From: a virus
DNA length: 61,812 bases
Reading direction: 5' to 3' (one strand)
Virus record (IMG/VR): IMGVR_UViG_3300045988_111035
Both the position numbers and the translations under genes were made by a program. Below, one piece after another: positions 27,723-36,260 of this stretch. The stretch's first letter is position 1. Each line of letters opens with the position of its first letter. The notes under the pieces were generated by a model, which saw only the letters and a program-made list of their open reading frames with translations, did not search any database and was not told the origin of the DNA.

Positions 27723-29027
27723 TTATTTCTTTCGTCTCGAAGGTGGAACCTTGCTGTTGCCTCCTCCACCGTTTCTGCGAGAAGGTGGTGTCATGCGGCG
27801 TGTACGTGCAATCTGCTCCTTAGCCCACTTGGTCGCCTGTTGGCGGTTCTTCTCGTTAGCCCAAGTGCCACCCTTTCCATCATCCCGATTGTTGCCTACC
27901 GCCATGCCGTTGTTATTAGCCCATCGGTCTGCATGTTTCTTAAACTCTGGGTCGTTGGCGTATAGGTTGTTGAAGTCATCGGCATCCTTTTGGTTGGCGT
28001 TCTTCTGTTCCTGCCCTTCCGTCTGTGATTTGATGTGCTTGACTTGTGCGCCCTTGACGGCGATACCTGCCCGATGGTCGGCGGCGGCGGCGTTCTGATT
28101 GTTGGTCTGACCTTTGAGGAGATTCTTCTTGTCTGGTCGAAGTTCGTTCTCCGTCTTGGTCTTGGCGGTGCTCAGCCCTGCCAAAGCGTTCGAGGCGTTT
28201 TGCTTGGCTATCTCGGTGGCTACCTTCTGAGGTGTCAAGGCATCCACTTGGTTCTTCTGCGAACCATAGTATTCGGCTTGCGCTTGCTTTGCCTTGGCTG
28301 CTGCATCGGCTTGCATCTGTGCTTGCTTGTCCTGCCGCTCCTTCCAGATGTTCACCATCATCTGGTCGTAGCCTTTCTGACGAAGGGCATCGGTGGATTC
28401 ACGAATCTTGCGCTGACGTTCGGTTAGCTCCTTGGCGGATTCTATCTGCTGAGAAGGTGCACCGATTGCAGTACCGACAAAGTTTCCTATATGACTAAAA
28501 AGATTTCCTAGCTGTTCCCACTTGGCTTGACGCTCGGCTTTCTTCGCCAAAATGTCATTAGCCTCAACGGTCTTGTCGGGGTCTCCATACTTGCTAAGCC
28601 ATGGCATAAACTCAGACCACTTGCCATCACCATTCTTGGAGTAATCCTTCATGATGTCGTAAGGTGTCATCTGGCGCAAGATTGGATTCTGCTCTATCTG
28701 ACTGTAGGGCTTGCTCCAGTCTATCTGTATGCCTTGCCCAGGTGTTACCTGCGCCACTTCCGCCGTTGGCTGTTGCGTGAAACTCACGCCTTGCGTTCCG
28801 TTCTGAGGACTTGGCACGCTAGGAGAAGGCGTTGTGCTTTCTCCTGTTGGCGAAGGGGTCGCCACGCTTGAATCCGTTGGAGAATCAGAAGGGGTGGTTT
28901 GCAGCTCACTCGCCGCCTCCACTACAGGGGAAGGGGCGGACGTTCCGCCGTCGTTTGAAGGAAAGTCCGTCACTGGAGTTATCGGCGAGGACGATTGTCT
29001 CTCAAATATATTTTTGAATACTCCCAT
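27723..29027 (-). CDS. Low-complexity internal virion/ejection protein candidate
   Basis: 434 aa with a P/S/T-rich N-terminus, a Q/A/K-rich coiled-coil middle and a basic C-terminus (PPSRRNGGGGNSKVPPSRRKK). It lies just upstream of the giant ORF. Confidence 0.5.
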   Translation of the reverse strand: MGVFKNIFERQSSSPITPVTDFPSNDGGTSAPSPVVEAASELQTTPSDSPTDSSVATPSPTGESTTPSPSVPSPQNGTQGVSFTQQPTAEVAQVTPGQGIQIDWSKPYSQIEQNPILRQMTPYDIMKDYSKNGDGKWSEFMPWLSKYGDPDKTVEANDILAKKAERQAKWEQLGNLFSHIGNFVGTAIGAPSQQIESAKELTERQRKIRESTDALRQKGYDQMMVNIWKERQDKQAQMQADAAAKAKQAQAEYYGSQKNQVDALTPQKVATEIAKQNASNALAGLSTAKTKTENELRPDKKNLLKGQTNNQNAAAADHRAGIAVKGAQVKHIKSQTEGQEQKNANQKDADDFNNLYANDPEFKKHADRWANNNGMAVGNNRDDGKGGTWANEKNRQQATKWAKEQIARTRRMTPPSRRNGGGGNSKVPPSRRKK

Positions 29028-29042
29028 ATCTACCTCCTTCCC

Positions 29043-29546
29043 TTACCATGGCAAACTGTTGGCTGCGCTCGCCAACCCACCTGCCGCCTGACCGATTGCC
29101 TTAGCCTGACCTATGCCACGTTCCTTCTGCGTGGAAGCGATGTACTCCGTCATCTTGCCTATCTGGCTGTCGGCGTTGTTCCATACGTTCTCCTTGTTCT
29201 GAGCACCTTGAACCGCTGCGTCCTGCATCATCTTGCCCACCTGCTCCTGCGCCGCTTGCTTGCTGAGCGCAACCGACTCGTCGCTGCCACCTGTCACGAT
29301 GTTCGTGCCCTTGGCTTTCTTCGTGGCATCGTCAAGCACCTTCTGTGCGTTCGTCACCGCCACTTGGTTCTCTGCGCTCTGCGTCGGGTCTTGGTAGTAG
29401 AGGGCATCACGATGGTCCTTTACGTCCTGCATACGGTTCTGATATGTCTTCAAGGCTTGGTCGTATGCCTTGTTCATTGCTTTTGCTGAAAGAACGCCAC
29501 CCACTGCCGAGGTGAGTCCACCAGCTATACTTCCTATCAATCCCAT
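29043..29546 (-). CDS. Glycine-zipper membrane-active internal protein candidate
   Basis: 167 aa. The N-terminus is GLIGSIAGGLTSAVGGVLSA and the C-terminus is GQAAGGLASAANSLPW. It is the first gene after the minus arm of promoter unit 3. Confidence 0.5.
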   Translation of the reverse strand: MGLIGSIAGGLTSAVGGVLSAKAMNKAYDQALKTYQNRMQDVKDHRDALYYQDPTQSAENQVAVTNAQKVLDDATKKAKGTNIVTGGSDESVALSKQAAQEQVGKMMQDAAVQGAQNKENVWNNADSQIGKMTEYIASTQKERGIGQAKAIGQAAGGLASAANSLPW

Positions 29547-29579
29547 AATATCCGAATATAAAAATGTTTAAACATGCGT

Positions 29580-29661
29580 CAAAAGTAATGTGTTTTTCAC
29601 TATCTCTTGCGATATATTGCGCAACTCAGAGCACAACTATTGAAAGTTTTCGCTATATTTG
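29580..29661. promoter_or_regulatory. Bidirectional late-type promoter unit 3: TTGCGCAA core (29617..29624) flanked by -7 boxes
   Basis: TACTTTTG lies on the minus strand at 29587..29580 and TATATTTG on the plus strand at 29654..29661. Both are perfect TAnnTTTG matches and both lie 29 nt from the core. Confidence 0.7.
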
Positions 29662-29690
29662 CACTCGATTTCACATAAACACCGAAGCAA

Positions 29691-30074
29691 ATGAAGAAAG
29701 AAGAAGGAAACAACAAGACTCCAAAGGAGAAAAGGAAGAAGACTGGAGGACGCAAGGCTGGAACGCCAAACAAGGTGACGAAGGCGGTGCGTGAGAGCTT
29801 GAAGGATGCCATCACTGGTTATCTCAACGGCATGAACGAGAAAGGTTTCTCGCTCGCACAGGACTTGTACGCCATCGAGGAGCCTGCTGGAAGGCTGGCG
29901 ATGATTGCCAAGTTCCTGCCATACGTCGCTCCTAAGCTACAGTCCATATCGTTCAACAGTGACGATACGAGAAGCCTCACGGTCGAGGAGACTTTGATGA
30001 AGCTGGATGAGAACTTCAAGAAGGAGGAGACCACCATCAACATCAAGAACCTCAAGATTGTTAACAATGGCTAA
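29691..30074 (+). CDS. Basic N-terminal DNA-binding-like protein (small terminase or regulator candidate)
   Basis: 127 aa. The N-terminus KEKRKKTGGRKAGTPNKVTKAVRESL resembles GRPxGxxNK-type DNA-binding arms. Confidence 0.3.
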   Translation: MKKEEGNNKTPKEKRKKTGGRKAGTPNKVTKAVRESLKDAITGYLNGMNEKGFSLAQDLYAIEEPAGRLAMIAKFLPYVAPKLQSISFNSDDTRSLTVEETLMKLDENFKKEETTINIKNLKIVNNG

Positions 30075-30082
30075 CTACGCAA

Positions 30083-30133
30083 AAAGGGTAGCCCTCTCTA
30101 AAATTTTCGCTTGTTTAGAGAAGACTACCCTTT
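30083..30133. terminator. Long bidirectional hairpin between 29691..30074 and the integrase gene
   Basis: AAAGGGTAG/CTACCCTTT (9 bp) plus an inner CTCTAAA/TTTAGAG (7 bp). Confidence 0.6.
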
Positions 30134-30218
30134 GGAATGATATGTTGGGAATGCGTACCGAAATAAAACTATTTTAACACAATTTACACAATAAGCGTAC
30201 CAAAAACATCTTAATCCG

Positions 30219-31715
30219 TCATTTTTGTGTGTTTAAGGTGTCACGAACTCTCTCAAAGTACTTGGTCTGTCCTTTGGTCATGTTCACCACCTTGATTTGG
30301 ATGGTGCATTTGTCGGGCACGCCGTCCTTGATGGAGTCCATGAGCTGGTCAATAATCTCATCAGTGTCGTGGTAGCCCTTGCCATCCACATGAGCCACCA
30401 CCTCACCCATGAAGTAAGCGTCCGCACACAACTCAAACTTTTCCTCCACCTTGTCAAAGGTTGGAAGATGGTGCTCCTCCAGTCGCTTGCTCTTGTCGTT
30501 GGTGAAGAAAATCTTCTCCACCACCCTCTCGTTTAGTTCCCACGCCCGAGAGAAATCAGGCTTCACGTAGCCCATCGTCACCTTGTGTGTGCTGATGTGG
30601 TTCATGGCAAAGCCAATCTCCTCGTAGCTTGCCCCCAAGTCGTTCTGTGCGATGGTCGCCCAAGTATGCCTAAAGGTGTAAGGAGTGTATTGGCTACCAG
30701 TTATATGTAAAATCTCGCATAGTTCCTTCAAACTACGGCTCAACTTGGAAGTAAGCGTTCCTAAAGGATTTCGCTTATGAAAGTAAAACAGAAACTCGTC
30801 ATCCTGGGTGGAAAAATATTTTTCCATGGTAGGCAGAAGCATGTCGGGCACTTTCATTTCAATATAGGCATGGTCTTCCCTTTTTGTCCTCGTCTTTCTT
30901 CTCTCATAGTGGAGAATCCCATCAAAGTAATCTTTCTTTTTCATTGAATATAGGTCTGCTACATTGATTCCTGCCAAACACAAAATCATCTTGCATACAT
31001 CAATCGTGAGTATCAAGGACTTTTTCTTGGGCATCAAGGAAAAGAACACACGGCATTCCTCCATGGTAATGGCTTTCTTTTCAGGTCTTTCCAACTTGGG
31101 AATCACAATTTTCTGCCAAGGATTGTTTTTGACAAGTATAATGTCATTGTCGTAGTCATTGTACTTCTTCAATCCCTCGTTGAATATGCGCTTGATATAA
31201 AGTGGATATACAAACTTGCAGGAACGAAAATCTTTTAGGGATTTAATCCAGTTTGAAACAAGAAGCGTTGTCAGTTGTCTAAACATTATTTTACTGGAGC
31301 CAGTGAAAGCTTCCAAACTATTCAAGGAGTTTTCGTAATTTAGGATTGAACGAGGTTGCAACGAGTCTCGCAAGGAATCGATGTATTCTCTAGCAAAGGC
31401 GGAGAAATCTATATCCTCGTTCTCTTGTTGGAGATATTTATGCACTTCCGACACTGACCATTTGGAACAATCAACCTTGTTCAGTTTGTCGTACCACTTG
31501 TTGATAATGGGCATCAGCTCATTGACGACAAATGTATCTTTGACATCTTTAGTTCCCTTCACGATACCTTTGTCATTAACCATTTTGTCCGTCTTTACGA
31601 ACATAACCTTTCGATTATGGGTCAGCCTGATGTAAACTGTATAAAAGCCATCTGAACGCTTATACTGTACGACTACCTTAAATGTTGCCATATTTCCTAA
31701 ACTATTTATAAACAT
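30219..31715 (-). CDS. int: Tyrosine recombinase/integrase (Bacteroidota phage-type with N-terminal arm-binding domain)
   Basis: The N-terminus FKVVVQYKRSDGFYTVYIRLTHNRK is arm-domain-like. The catalytic region has YTFRHTWAT (HxxR box) and NHISTHKVTMGYV (H...Y). About 100 aa of extra C-terminal sequence follow. An alternative start lies at 31691. Confidence 0.85.
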   Translation of the reverse strand: MFINSLGNMATFKVVVQYKRSDGFYTVYIRLTHNRKVMFVKTDKMVNDKGIVKGTKDVKDTFVVNELMPIINKWYDKLNKVDCSKWSVSEVHKYLQQENEDIDFSAFAREYIDSLRDSLQPRSILNYENSLNSLEAFTGSSKIMFRQLTTLLVSNWIKSLKDFRSCKFVYPLYIKRIFNEGLKKYNDYDNDIILVKNNPWQKIVIPKLERPEKKAITMEECRVFFSLMPKKKSLILTIDVCKMILCLAGINVADLYSMKKKDYFDGILHYERRKTRTKREDHAYIEMKVPDMLLPTMEKYFSTQDDEFLFYFHKRNPLGTLTSKLSRSLKELCEILHITGSQYTPYTFRHTWATIAQNDLGASYEEIGFAMNHISTHKVTMGYVKPDFSRAWELNERVVEKIFFTNDKSKRLEEHHLPTFDKVEEKFELCADAYFMGEVVAHVDGKGYHDTDEIIDQLMDSIKDGVPDKCTIQIKVVNMTKGQTKYFERVRDTLNTQK

Positions 31716-31980
31716 TTCGCTTCATTCTACGCAAAAAGTGATAATTCTGCATAGTTCTTATTACTGATGGATTGGATGCGAAAACCTTGACAAATACCTA
31801 TATATCGGTACTTTGGGCGTTTTTTGAACTTAAAATGACGATTTTTATAACGTTGATACTGCAAAGATACAAACATCTTATTTATCGGACTTTCAGCAAT
31901 CTTTTCTAAACAATTCATTAATTTTTATCAGTCATTATAGTCCATTTTACCCTTATAATGAGCCTTTATTTCGTAACAAC

Positions 31981-32085
31981 TTAGAGACTGTCTATCCATT
32001 TCTGGCCAGACTTGGTATTAAACCAAATAGCCATTCCTCCACCTATAGCAAGAGCTATAGAGAATATAAATGTCATTAAATCCAT
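31981..32085 (-). CDS. Small single-TM protein (34 aa)
   Basis: MDLMTFIFSIALAIGGGMAIWFNTKSGQKWIDSL. It is not in the ORF track (under 60 aa) and is packed 5 nt after the upstream gene. Confidence 0.35.
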   Translation of the reverse strand: MDLMTFIFSIALAIGGGMAIWFNTKSGQKWIDSL

Positions 32086-32090
32086 AACTA

Positions 32091-32321
32091 TTAATATTTA
32101 TCGTTATACTTCATTATTCTATTGGCACAATACGCAAACACAATAGCCGCCAACGAGCCTATTGCCGCACAAATATAATTGGAGGTTGTCATCTCTTTTC
32201 CCGTTATCAATGGGGACAAGCCTCCGATTCCTACACCACTTATGAGCAAGTTCGATACGCCGTACAAGTAATCGCTTAACTTAGAACGCCTATCGTGCTC
32301 TTTCACAGACTTACTTACCAT
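32091..32321 (-). CDS. Small two-TM membrane protein (moron)
   Basis: 76 aa with two Gly-rich hydrophobic helices, in the AT-rich lysogeny-module region. Confidence 0.55.
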   Translation of the reverse strand: MVSKSVKEHDRRSKLSDYLYGVSNLLISGVGIGGLSPLITGKEMTTSNYICAAIGSLAAIVFAYCANRIMKYNDKY

Positions 32322-32403
32322 TATTTTGCAAATTTACGATTTTTATTTTAATTTCAACAACGCTTCGGCGAAAAGATTGCATCCGTAGCCTCAGCAAAGA
32401 ATG

Positions 32404-33030
32404 CTATTCCTTAGAGAAGTCAAAGACGTAAGTGTTTCCATTTACAGGAACTTTGACTATCATATTCTGTGCCTTTGGGTTCTTTGCCACAATCATGCCC
32501 TGCTGCGTCTGCCTTGCAAGAATTGTAACACGCTTGAAATATTTAGCATTAATATTCGCCTCAGCCTCAGCACGTGCCTCATCATTAGCCCCTGTCCTTA
32601 TATTAGCTTTTGTTTCTATTGTCGTATTCTGCCCATTTGAGCTACTAACCTCTGTCTTCACAGTTTGAGTCTCAGTATTGTTCGGACCCCAAAGAAGGAT
32701 TCTTGTCTTTTCCTTTTTCACCCACTCATCACAAGTATAAACTGCACATGATTCCACCTTACCCTTATTCGTAGCCTCAACTATAATTTTGGTTGGGTCG
32801 AAATTAAAAGTACTTTGTCCATTATTAACAACCATAACATGAAGTTCCTGGTGCTTCAACACCTTGTTGTCATCTTTCTTTGAGACAACAACTGAGATTC
32901 CATTGTCGCCTTCAACACATACAGCCTTTTGACCATAACTGTAGCCAACAACACACTTGTCAAATGTTTTCTGAGCCATTGATGAAACACTACCTAGTAG
33001 CATTACCATCGAAAGTAAAATCATTTTCAT
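32404..33030 (-). CDS. Secreted/periplasmic protein with signal peptide (moron)
   Basis: MKMILLSMVMLLGSVSSMAQK looks like a signal peptide. 208 aa, beta-rich. Confidence 0.6.
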   Translation of the reverse strand: MKMILLSMVMLLGSVSSMAQKTFDKCVVGYSYGQKAVCVEGDNGISVVVSKKDDNKVLKHQELHVMVVNNGQSTFNFDPTKIIVEATNKGKVESCAVYTCDEWVKKEKTRILLWGPNNTETQTVKTEVSSSNGQNTTIETKANIRTGANDEARAEAEANINAKYFKRVTILARQTQQGMIVAKNPKAQNMIVKVPVNGNTYVFDFSKE

Positions 33031-33033
33031 AAT

Positions 33034-33378
33034 CTACAAACTAAATATTAAGAAAAGAACCCCCAAAATTAATACAGCAATATTTGCAAAAGCAAGATAT
33101 AGCCAATATCCGACAGTCCTTTTATCATTTGTTTTTATATGCTCCCCAATAATGCCTCCTATGCTTCCACCTACAAAAAGAGACAAGATTAAGCTTAGAT
33201 TCCAACTTAGTATAATACTAAGGGCATCATTCATTTTAGCTAGGAAAGATAAATAATAACAAAAACAAAGTTGAATCAAGAAAGCCCCTACGATTTGGCT
33301 ATCCCTGTTCTTTATATGACATGCTGCTATAACAGCATATATAAAAGAAATTATTGTCAGTACTATAAATGTTTCCAT
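33034..33378 (-). CDS. Four-TM membrane protein (moron)
   Basis: 114 aa, almost entirely hydrophobic helices, starting 10 nt after the repressor stop codon. Confidence 0.6.
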   Translation of the reverse strand: METFIVLTIISFIYAVIAACHIKNRDSQIVGAFLIQLCFCYYLSFLAKMNDALSIILSWNLSLILSLFVGGSIGGIIGEHIKTNDKRTVGYWLYLAFANIAVLILGVLFLIFSL

Positions 33379-33388
33379 TGCATTTTAA

Positions 33389-33721
33389 TTATCCGACACG
33401 TTTCTGACTTCTTGCAGATAGACCTTGCATTTCTCTCAAAAGATTGTTCTCAGCTTTTAATGCAATGTTTTCTTTCTCCAACTCCAACAAGTCAGTTGGA
33501 GTTGAAGCATTTTTTATCACTGGAGTTTGAACAGCGGAATCGAAGAACTCCGCTACACTTACTCCCAAAACATCAGCAAGACTTTCTACAGTGCTAACTT
33601 TTACATCAGCACCATTCAATAGATTGTCAAGCGTAGTTCTGCTGACTTTCATCTTAGCAGCAATATCTATCTTGCTAAGTTTATTAGACACAATAATGTC
33701 CACTATTCTTTGCACATTCAT
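33389..33721 (-). CDS. CI-like repressor, XRE-family HTH
   Basis: KIDIAAKMKVSRTTLDNLLNGADVKVSTVESLADVLGVSVAEFF is a typical HTH_3 motif. The gene is divergent from the early plus-strand operon. Confidence 0.7.
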   Translation of the reverse strand: MNVQRIVDIIVSNKLSKIDIAAKMKVSRTTLDNLLNGADVKVSTVESLADVLGVSVAEFFDSAVQTPVIKNASTPTDLLELEKENIALKAENNLLREMQGLSARSQKRVG

Positions 33722-33807
33722 AGCAAATATATCTTAAATGTTCAACAAAGTGGGTTAATAATTCTTAATATTGTCCACTAAACCATACATATACAAAAAG
33801 TTTATTG

Positions 33808-33815
33808 TACTTTTG
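33808..33815 (+). promoter_or_regulatory. Early rightward promoter -7 box TACTTTTG
   Basis: Perfect TAnnTTTG match 52 nt upstream of the ATG at 33868. Confidence 0.5.
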
Positions 33816-33823
33816 CACCGTAA

Positions 33824-33844
33824 AGTTAGTAAATTAGTTAGTAA
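33824..33844. promoter_or_regulatory. Operator candidate: AGTTAGTAA direct repeat x2 (33824..33832, 33836..33844)
   Basis: Two exact 9-mers separated by 3 nt, just downstream of the early -7 box in the repressor/early divergent region. Confidence 0.4.
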
Positions 33845-33867
33845 CTACCAAATAAAAAAGAAGAAAA

Positions 33868-34401
33868 ATGAAAGAAATCTGCAAAAATTCAGAAATCGCA
33901 TCTTTCCTTGATGCTGCCTGGCACGACCCAATCAAGGAGACACCAAGCAAGGACGGAGCACTTTGCATCGTTTGCTACGGAGTTGACGAGAACGGCAAGG
34001 ACACCTACGACCTCTTCACTTGGGATGAGAAAATGAAGGCGTTCGACACTGGCGTTGGACACTACATAGACGAAGACCTAAAGGGAAAGCACGCATGGAT
34101 TTGCCCCGAGGGATGCACAAGATGGTGCTACATCGAAGACCTGCTGCCAGAGACCAAGGAGTTGGGAGATTGCGAGGATGCAGACCCGAACAAGCTTGCA
34201 AAGCGGTTCTGGCTTAGAACTGAACTTTACAAATATTATGGCGCACCGCACATCAAGGAAATGGAAGAAGCATTCTTCTGGATATACAATGCGCCACTAG
34301 AGGACTGGGAAAACATGCTGCTGTGTATTACACATCCAGACAACAAAACGTTTCCTAAGCCATTAGAGGATGCCAAGAAGCTATTCGACCTTCTCAGTTA
34401 G
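33868..34401 (+). CDS. Hypothetical early protein, paralogous motifs with 44146..44517 (DUF551-like)
   Basis: AWHDPIKETP and RWCYIEDLLPETKE match LWHDAKEEP and RWLYIEDLLPKKGG in the other gene. Confidence 0.55.
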   Translation: MKEICKNSEIASFLDAAWHDPIKETPSKDGALCIVCYGVDENGKDTYDLFTWDEKMKAFDTGVGHYIDEDLKGKHAWICPEGCTRWCYIEDLLPETKELGDCEDADPNKLAKRFWLRTELYKYYGAPHIKEMEEAFFWIYNAPLEDWENMLLCITHPDNKTFPKPLEDAKKLFDLLS

Positions 34402-34572
34402 CAAGGTCACGGAAATATAAGGATTGCCATTCCGCGCAAAGGTGTTTTGGAAGACTTGCTTAATAACCCAACCTTGGTTAGTGATGTTGGAAACTTCCTC
34501 ACTAAAGTCAAAGGTCACAGAGGCTGCAACCTTATCAACTTTCTTGCAAATTGTAAATACATTTTGCACCAT
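34381..34572 (-). CDS. Possible small ORF (63 aa) convergent on 33868..34401
   Basis: ATG-initiated ORF with TAATTTTA-like boxes upstream on the minus strand. No recognisable motif. Confidence 0.3.
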   Translation of the reverse strand: MVQNVFTICKKVDKVAASVTFDFSEEVSNITNQGWVIKQVFQNTFARNGNPYISVTLLTEKVE

Positions 34573-34580
34573 AATCCGTA

Positions 34581-34662
34581 AAATTTAAAATTAAGTCGGT
34601 GCAAAGATAAACAAAAATAATTAATCGGGCAACGATGGGAAGATGAAATTTAAAATTAAGTC
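34581..34662. repeat. Two exact 17-bp direct repeats AAATTTAAAATTAAGTC (34581..34597, 34646..34662)
   Basis: Exact copies 65 bp apart in the 150-bp gap before 34723. The 8-bp inverted pair CGATGGGA/TCCCATCG (34633..34640, 34686..34693) brackets the second copy. Confidence 0.8.
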
Positions 34663-34722
34663 ACGTAAATACATCTGTCTCGGAATCCCATCGCCCCGAT
34701 TCCAAAAGAAAGGAAATGAATC

Positions 34723-35124
34723 ATGAAAGAGAAACTACATGCCATCCTCCATTACGTTAGTGAAGCCAAGACTTCATTAAAAGAAATAGATGCGTTCAAT
34801 GCCTTCGACCGTTCGGCAACCAAAGACACCGTGCTTTACTACCTTAACAATGCCATCACAGACATCGAAGCCGCAATAAAGGAAGACGAGGAAGAGCCAA
34901 CCGAACGCTTCGAGGTCAGAAAGAAGCTCGTCCAGATACTTGGATTACCTTCAACCAAAGACGAATGCCATAGATTTGAAGAAGCCTTTGACTGGGTAAT
35001 GGACGGAAAGAAGGTTGACCGAGACGGCAAGCTGTTCTGCCTAGAATATGCAAGAAAGCATGAAAGCCCCAATTCCGCAAGCGTATTGGAAAAGGCTAAG
35101 AGCATCTTCAATGTTTTACTCTAA
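34723..35124 (+). CDS. Hypothetical early protein
   Basis: 133-aa ATG ORF in the early operon. Confidence 0.55.
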   Translation: MKEKLHAILHYVSEAKTSLKEIDAFNAFDRSATKDTVLYYLNNAITDIEAAIKEDEEEPTERFEVRKKLVQILGLPSTKDECHRFEEAFDWVMDGKKVDRDGKLFCLEYARKHESPNSASVLEKAKSIFNVLL

Positions 35125-35136
35125 AACTTTAGAATC

Positions 35137-35412
35137 ATGGAGATTACAAAAACCGTAGAACAATATTTTGAGACTGACGTGACGGTGGACGTTGACCCAG
35201 AGGACGTGCTTGACGAAATGACAACCAAGGATATTGAAGACTACCTCAACAAAAGAAAAAAGGAAGACTTGCAATATTCAAAGCCAAACGGAGACGAGGG
35301 CTACTTCATCCTGATGGCTTGCAAAGGTCACATTCCTCGCAACGTCATTCCTTCCAACAAGGATGTCAAGGAGGCAATCAACAGCATCATCGACATGGTG
35401 TTTCCATCGTAA
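35137..35412 (+). CDS. Hypothetical acidic early protein
   Basis: 91-aa ORF, tightly packed. Confidence 0.5.
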   Translation: MEITKTVEQYFETDVTVDVDPEDVLDEMTTKDIEDYLNKRKKEDLQYSKPNGDEGYFILMACKGHIPRNVIPSNKDVKEAINSIIDMVFPS

Positions 35413-35430
35413 GACAAAAAATCCAAAGAC

Positions 35431-35622
35431 ATGAAAGAAGAAAAGTTACCAATCCTGCCACGGCTGAGAAAGATGAAGGTGGGCGAAAAGATAAACTTCC
35501 CCATCATACAACTCAACTCGGTCAAGAATGCCTGTTCCAACATCGGGCTTCTATACGAGCGCAAGTACAAGACCATGCTCTGCCGAAAGGAAAAGACAAT
35601 AATCGTTACACGCATTAAATAA
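35431..35622 (+). CDS. Hypothetical small basic protein
   Basis: 63-aa ORF, tightly packed. Confidence 0.45.
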   Translation: MKEEKLPILPRLRKMKVGEKINFPIIQLNSVKNACSNIGLLYERKYKTMLCRKEKTIIVTRIK

Positions 35623-35630
35623 ACATAGTC

Positions 35631-35906
35631 ATGAGCCAAGTAGCACAAATCCAATTCCAAGACAAGATGATTTCATTCGCCACGTTCATGGATGCCATCC
35701 GAAACGTGGTGAGGGAAGAGGTGTCCAACATCGTCGGGGTGAGCGACACCATGTCACAGAGGCAAGCTTACTCCAAGTACGGTCAGGCACGTGTCAACCA
35801 CTGGAAACAGAAGGGGCTTCTCCATCCATCCAAGACACGTGGCAAGGTACTCTACAAGCTGTCGGAGTTGGAGACGTGCAAGCTTCGCATACAGGACTAT
35901 CTATGA
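35631..35906 (+). CDS. Excisionase/MerR-like HTH DNA-binding protein candidate
   Basis: SQRQAYSKYGQARVNHWKQKGLLHPSKTRGKVLYKLSELE resembles excisionase-family HTH_17. It is adjacent to the tRNA-like fragment. Confidence 0.4.
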   Translation: MSQVAQIQFQDKMISFATFMDAIRNVVREEVSNIVGVSDTMSQRQAYSKYGQARVNHWKQKGLLHPSKTRGKVLYKLSELETCKLRIQDYL

Positions 35907-36212
35907 CATACGATGAAGCTCATATATTAATGATTATAATGTATTGTTTAAATTAGGATTAGTCATTTTACCGTGAAGTAAGGTTGCTTTCTAAGCATGG
36001 ACTGCATGGGGAAATATCACTGCGAAGACTGGTGCTCTACAGGCGCAAGACATCTTCGTTTTGTCAAACCAAATAAGCATTTGCGCCGCTCCCATGCCTC
36101 CCTTTCCTTTAACTACATTGCACAAGGCGCACGGATGCCCAAGCCACACGGCGTGGCAACGACCCATAACAATAATCAAATTACAACTCAATCGATGTAT
36201 TATATACGAGAA

Positions 36213-36233
36213 TTTCCGTTCCGTTATTTCCGT
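36213..36233 (+). repeat. Short direct repeats TTTCCGT (36213..36219, 36227..36233) with TCCGTT between
   Basis: ATTTCCGTTCCGTTATTTCCGTG lies immediately upstream of the tRNA-like 3' fragment. These are possible recombinase arm sites. Confidence 0.35.
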
Positions 36234-36260
36234 GAAAAAGGGTCTCTGCGGATGAGGGCT

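Noticed and set aside
10926-27965. Dozens of 60-270-aa ORFs on the plus strand or off-frame within 10908..27698 in the ORF track
   Set aside because: All lie antisense or out of frame within the single 16.8-kb ORF. They have low-complexity L/H/V/R-rich translations typical of shadow ORFs, and they lack promoters.
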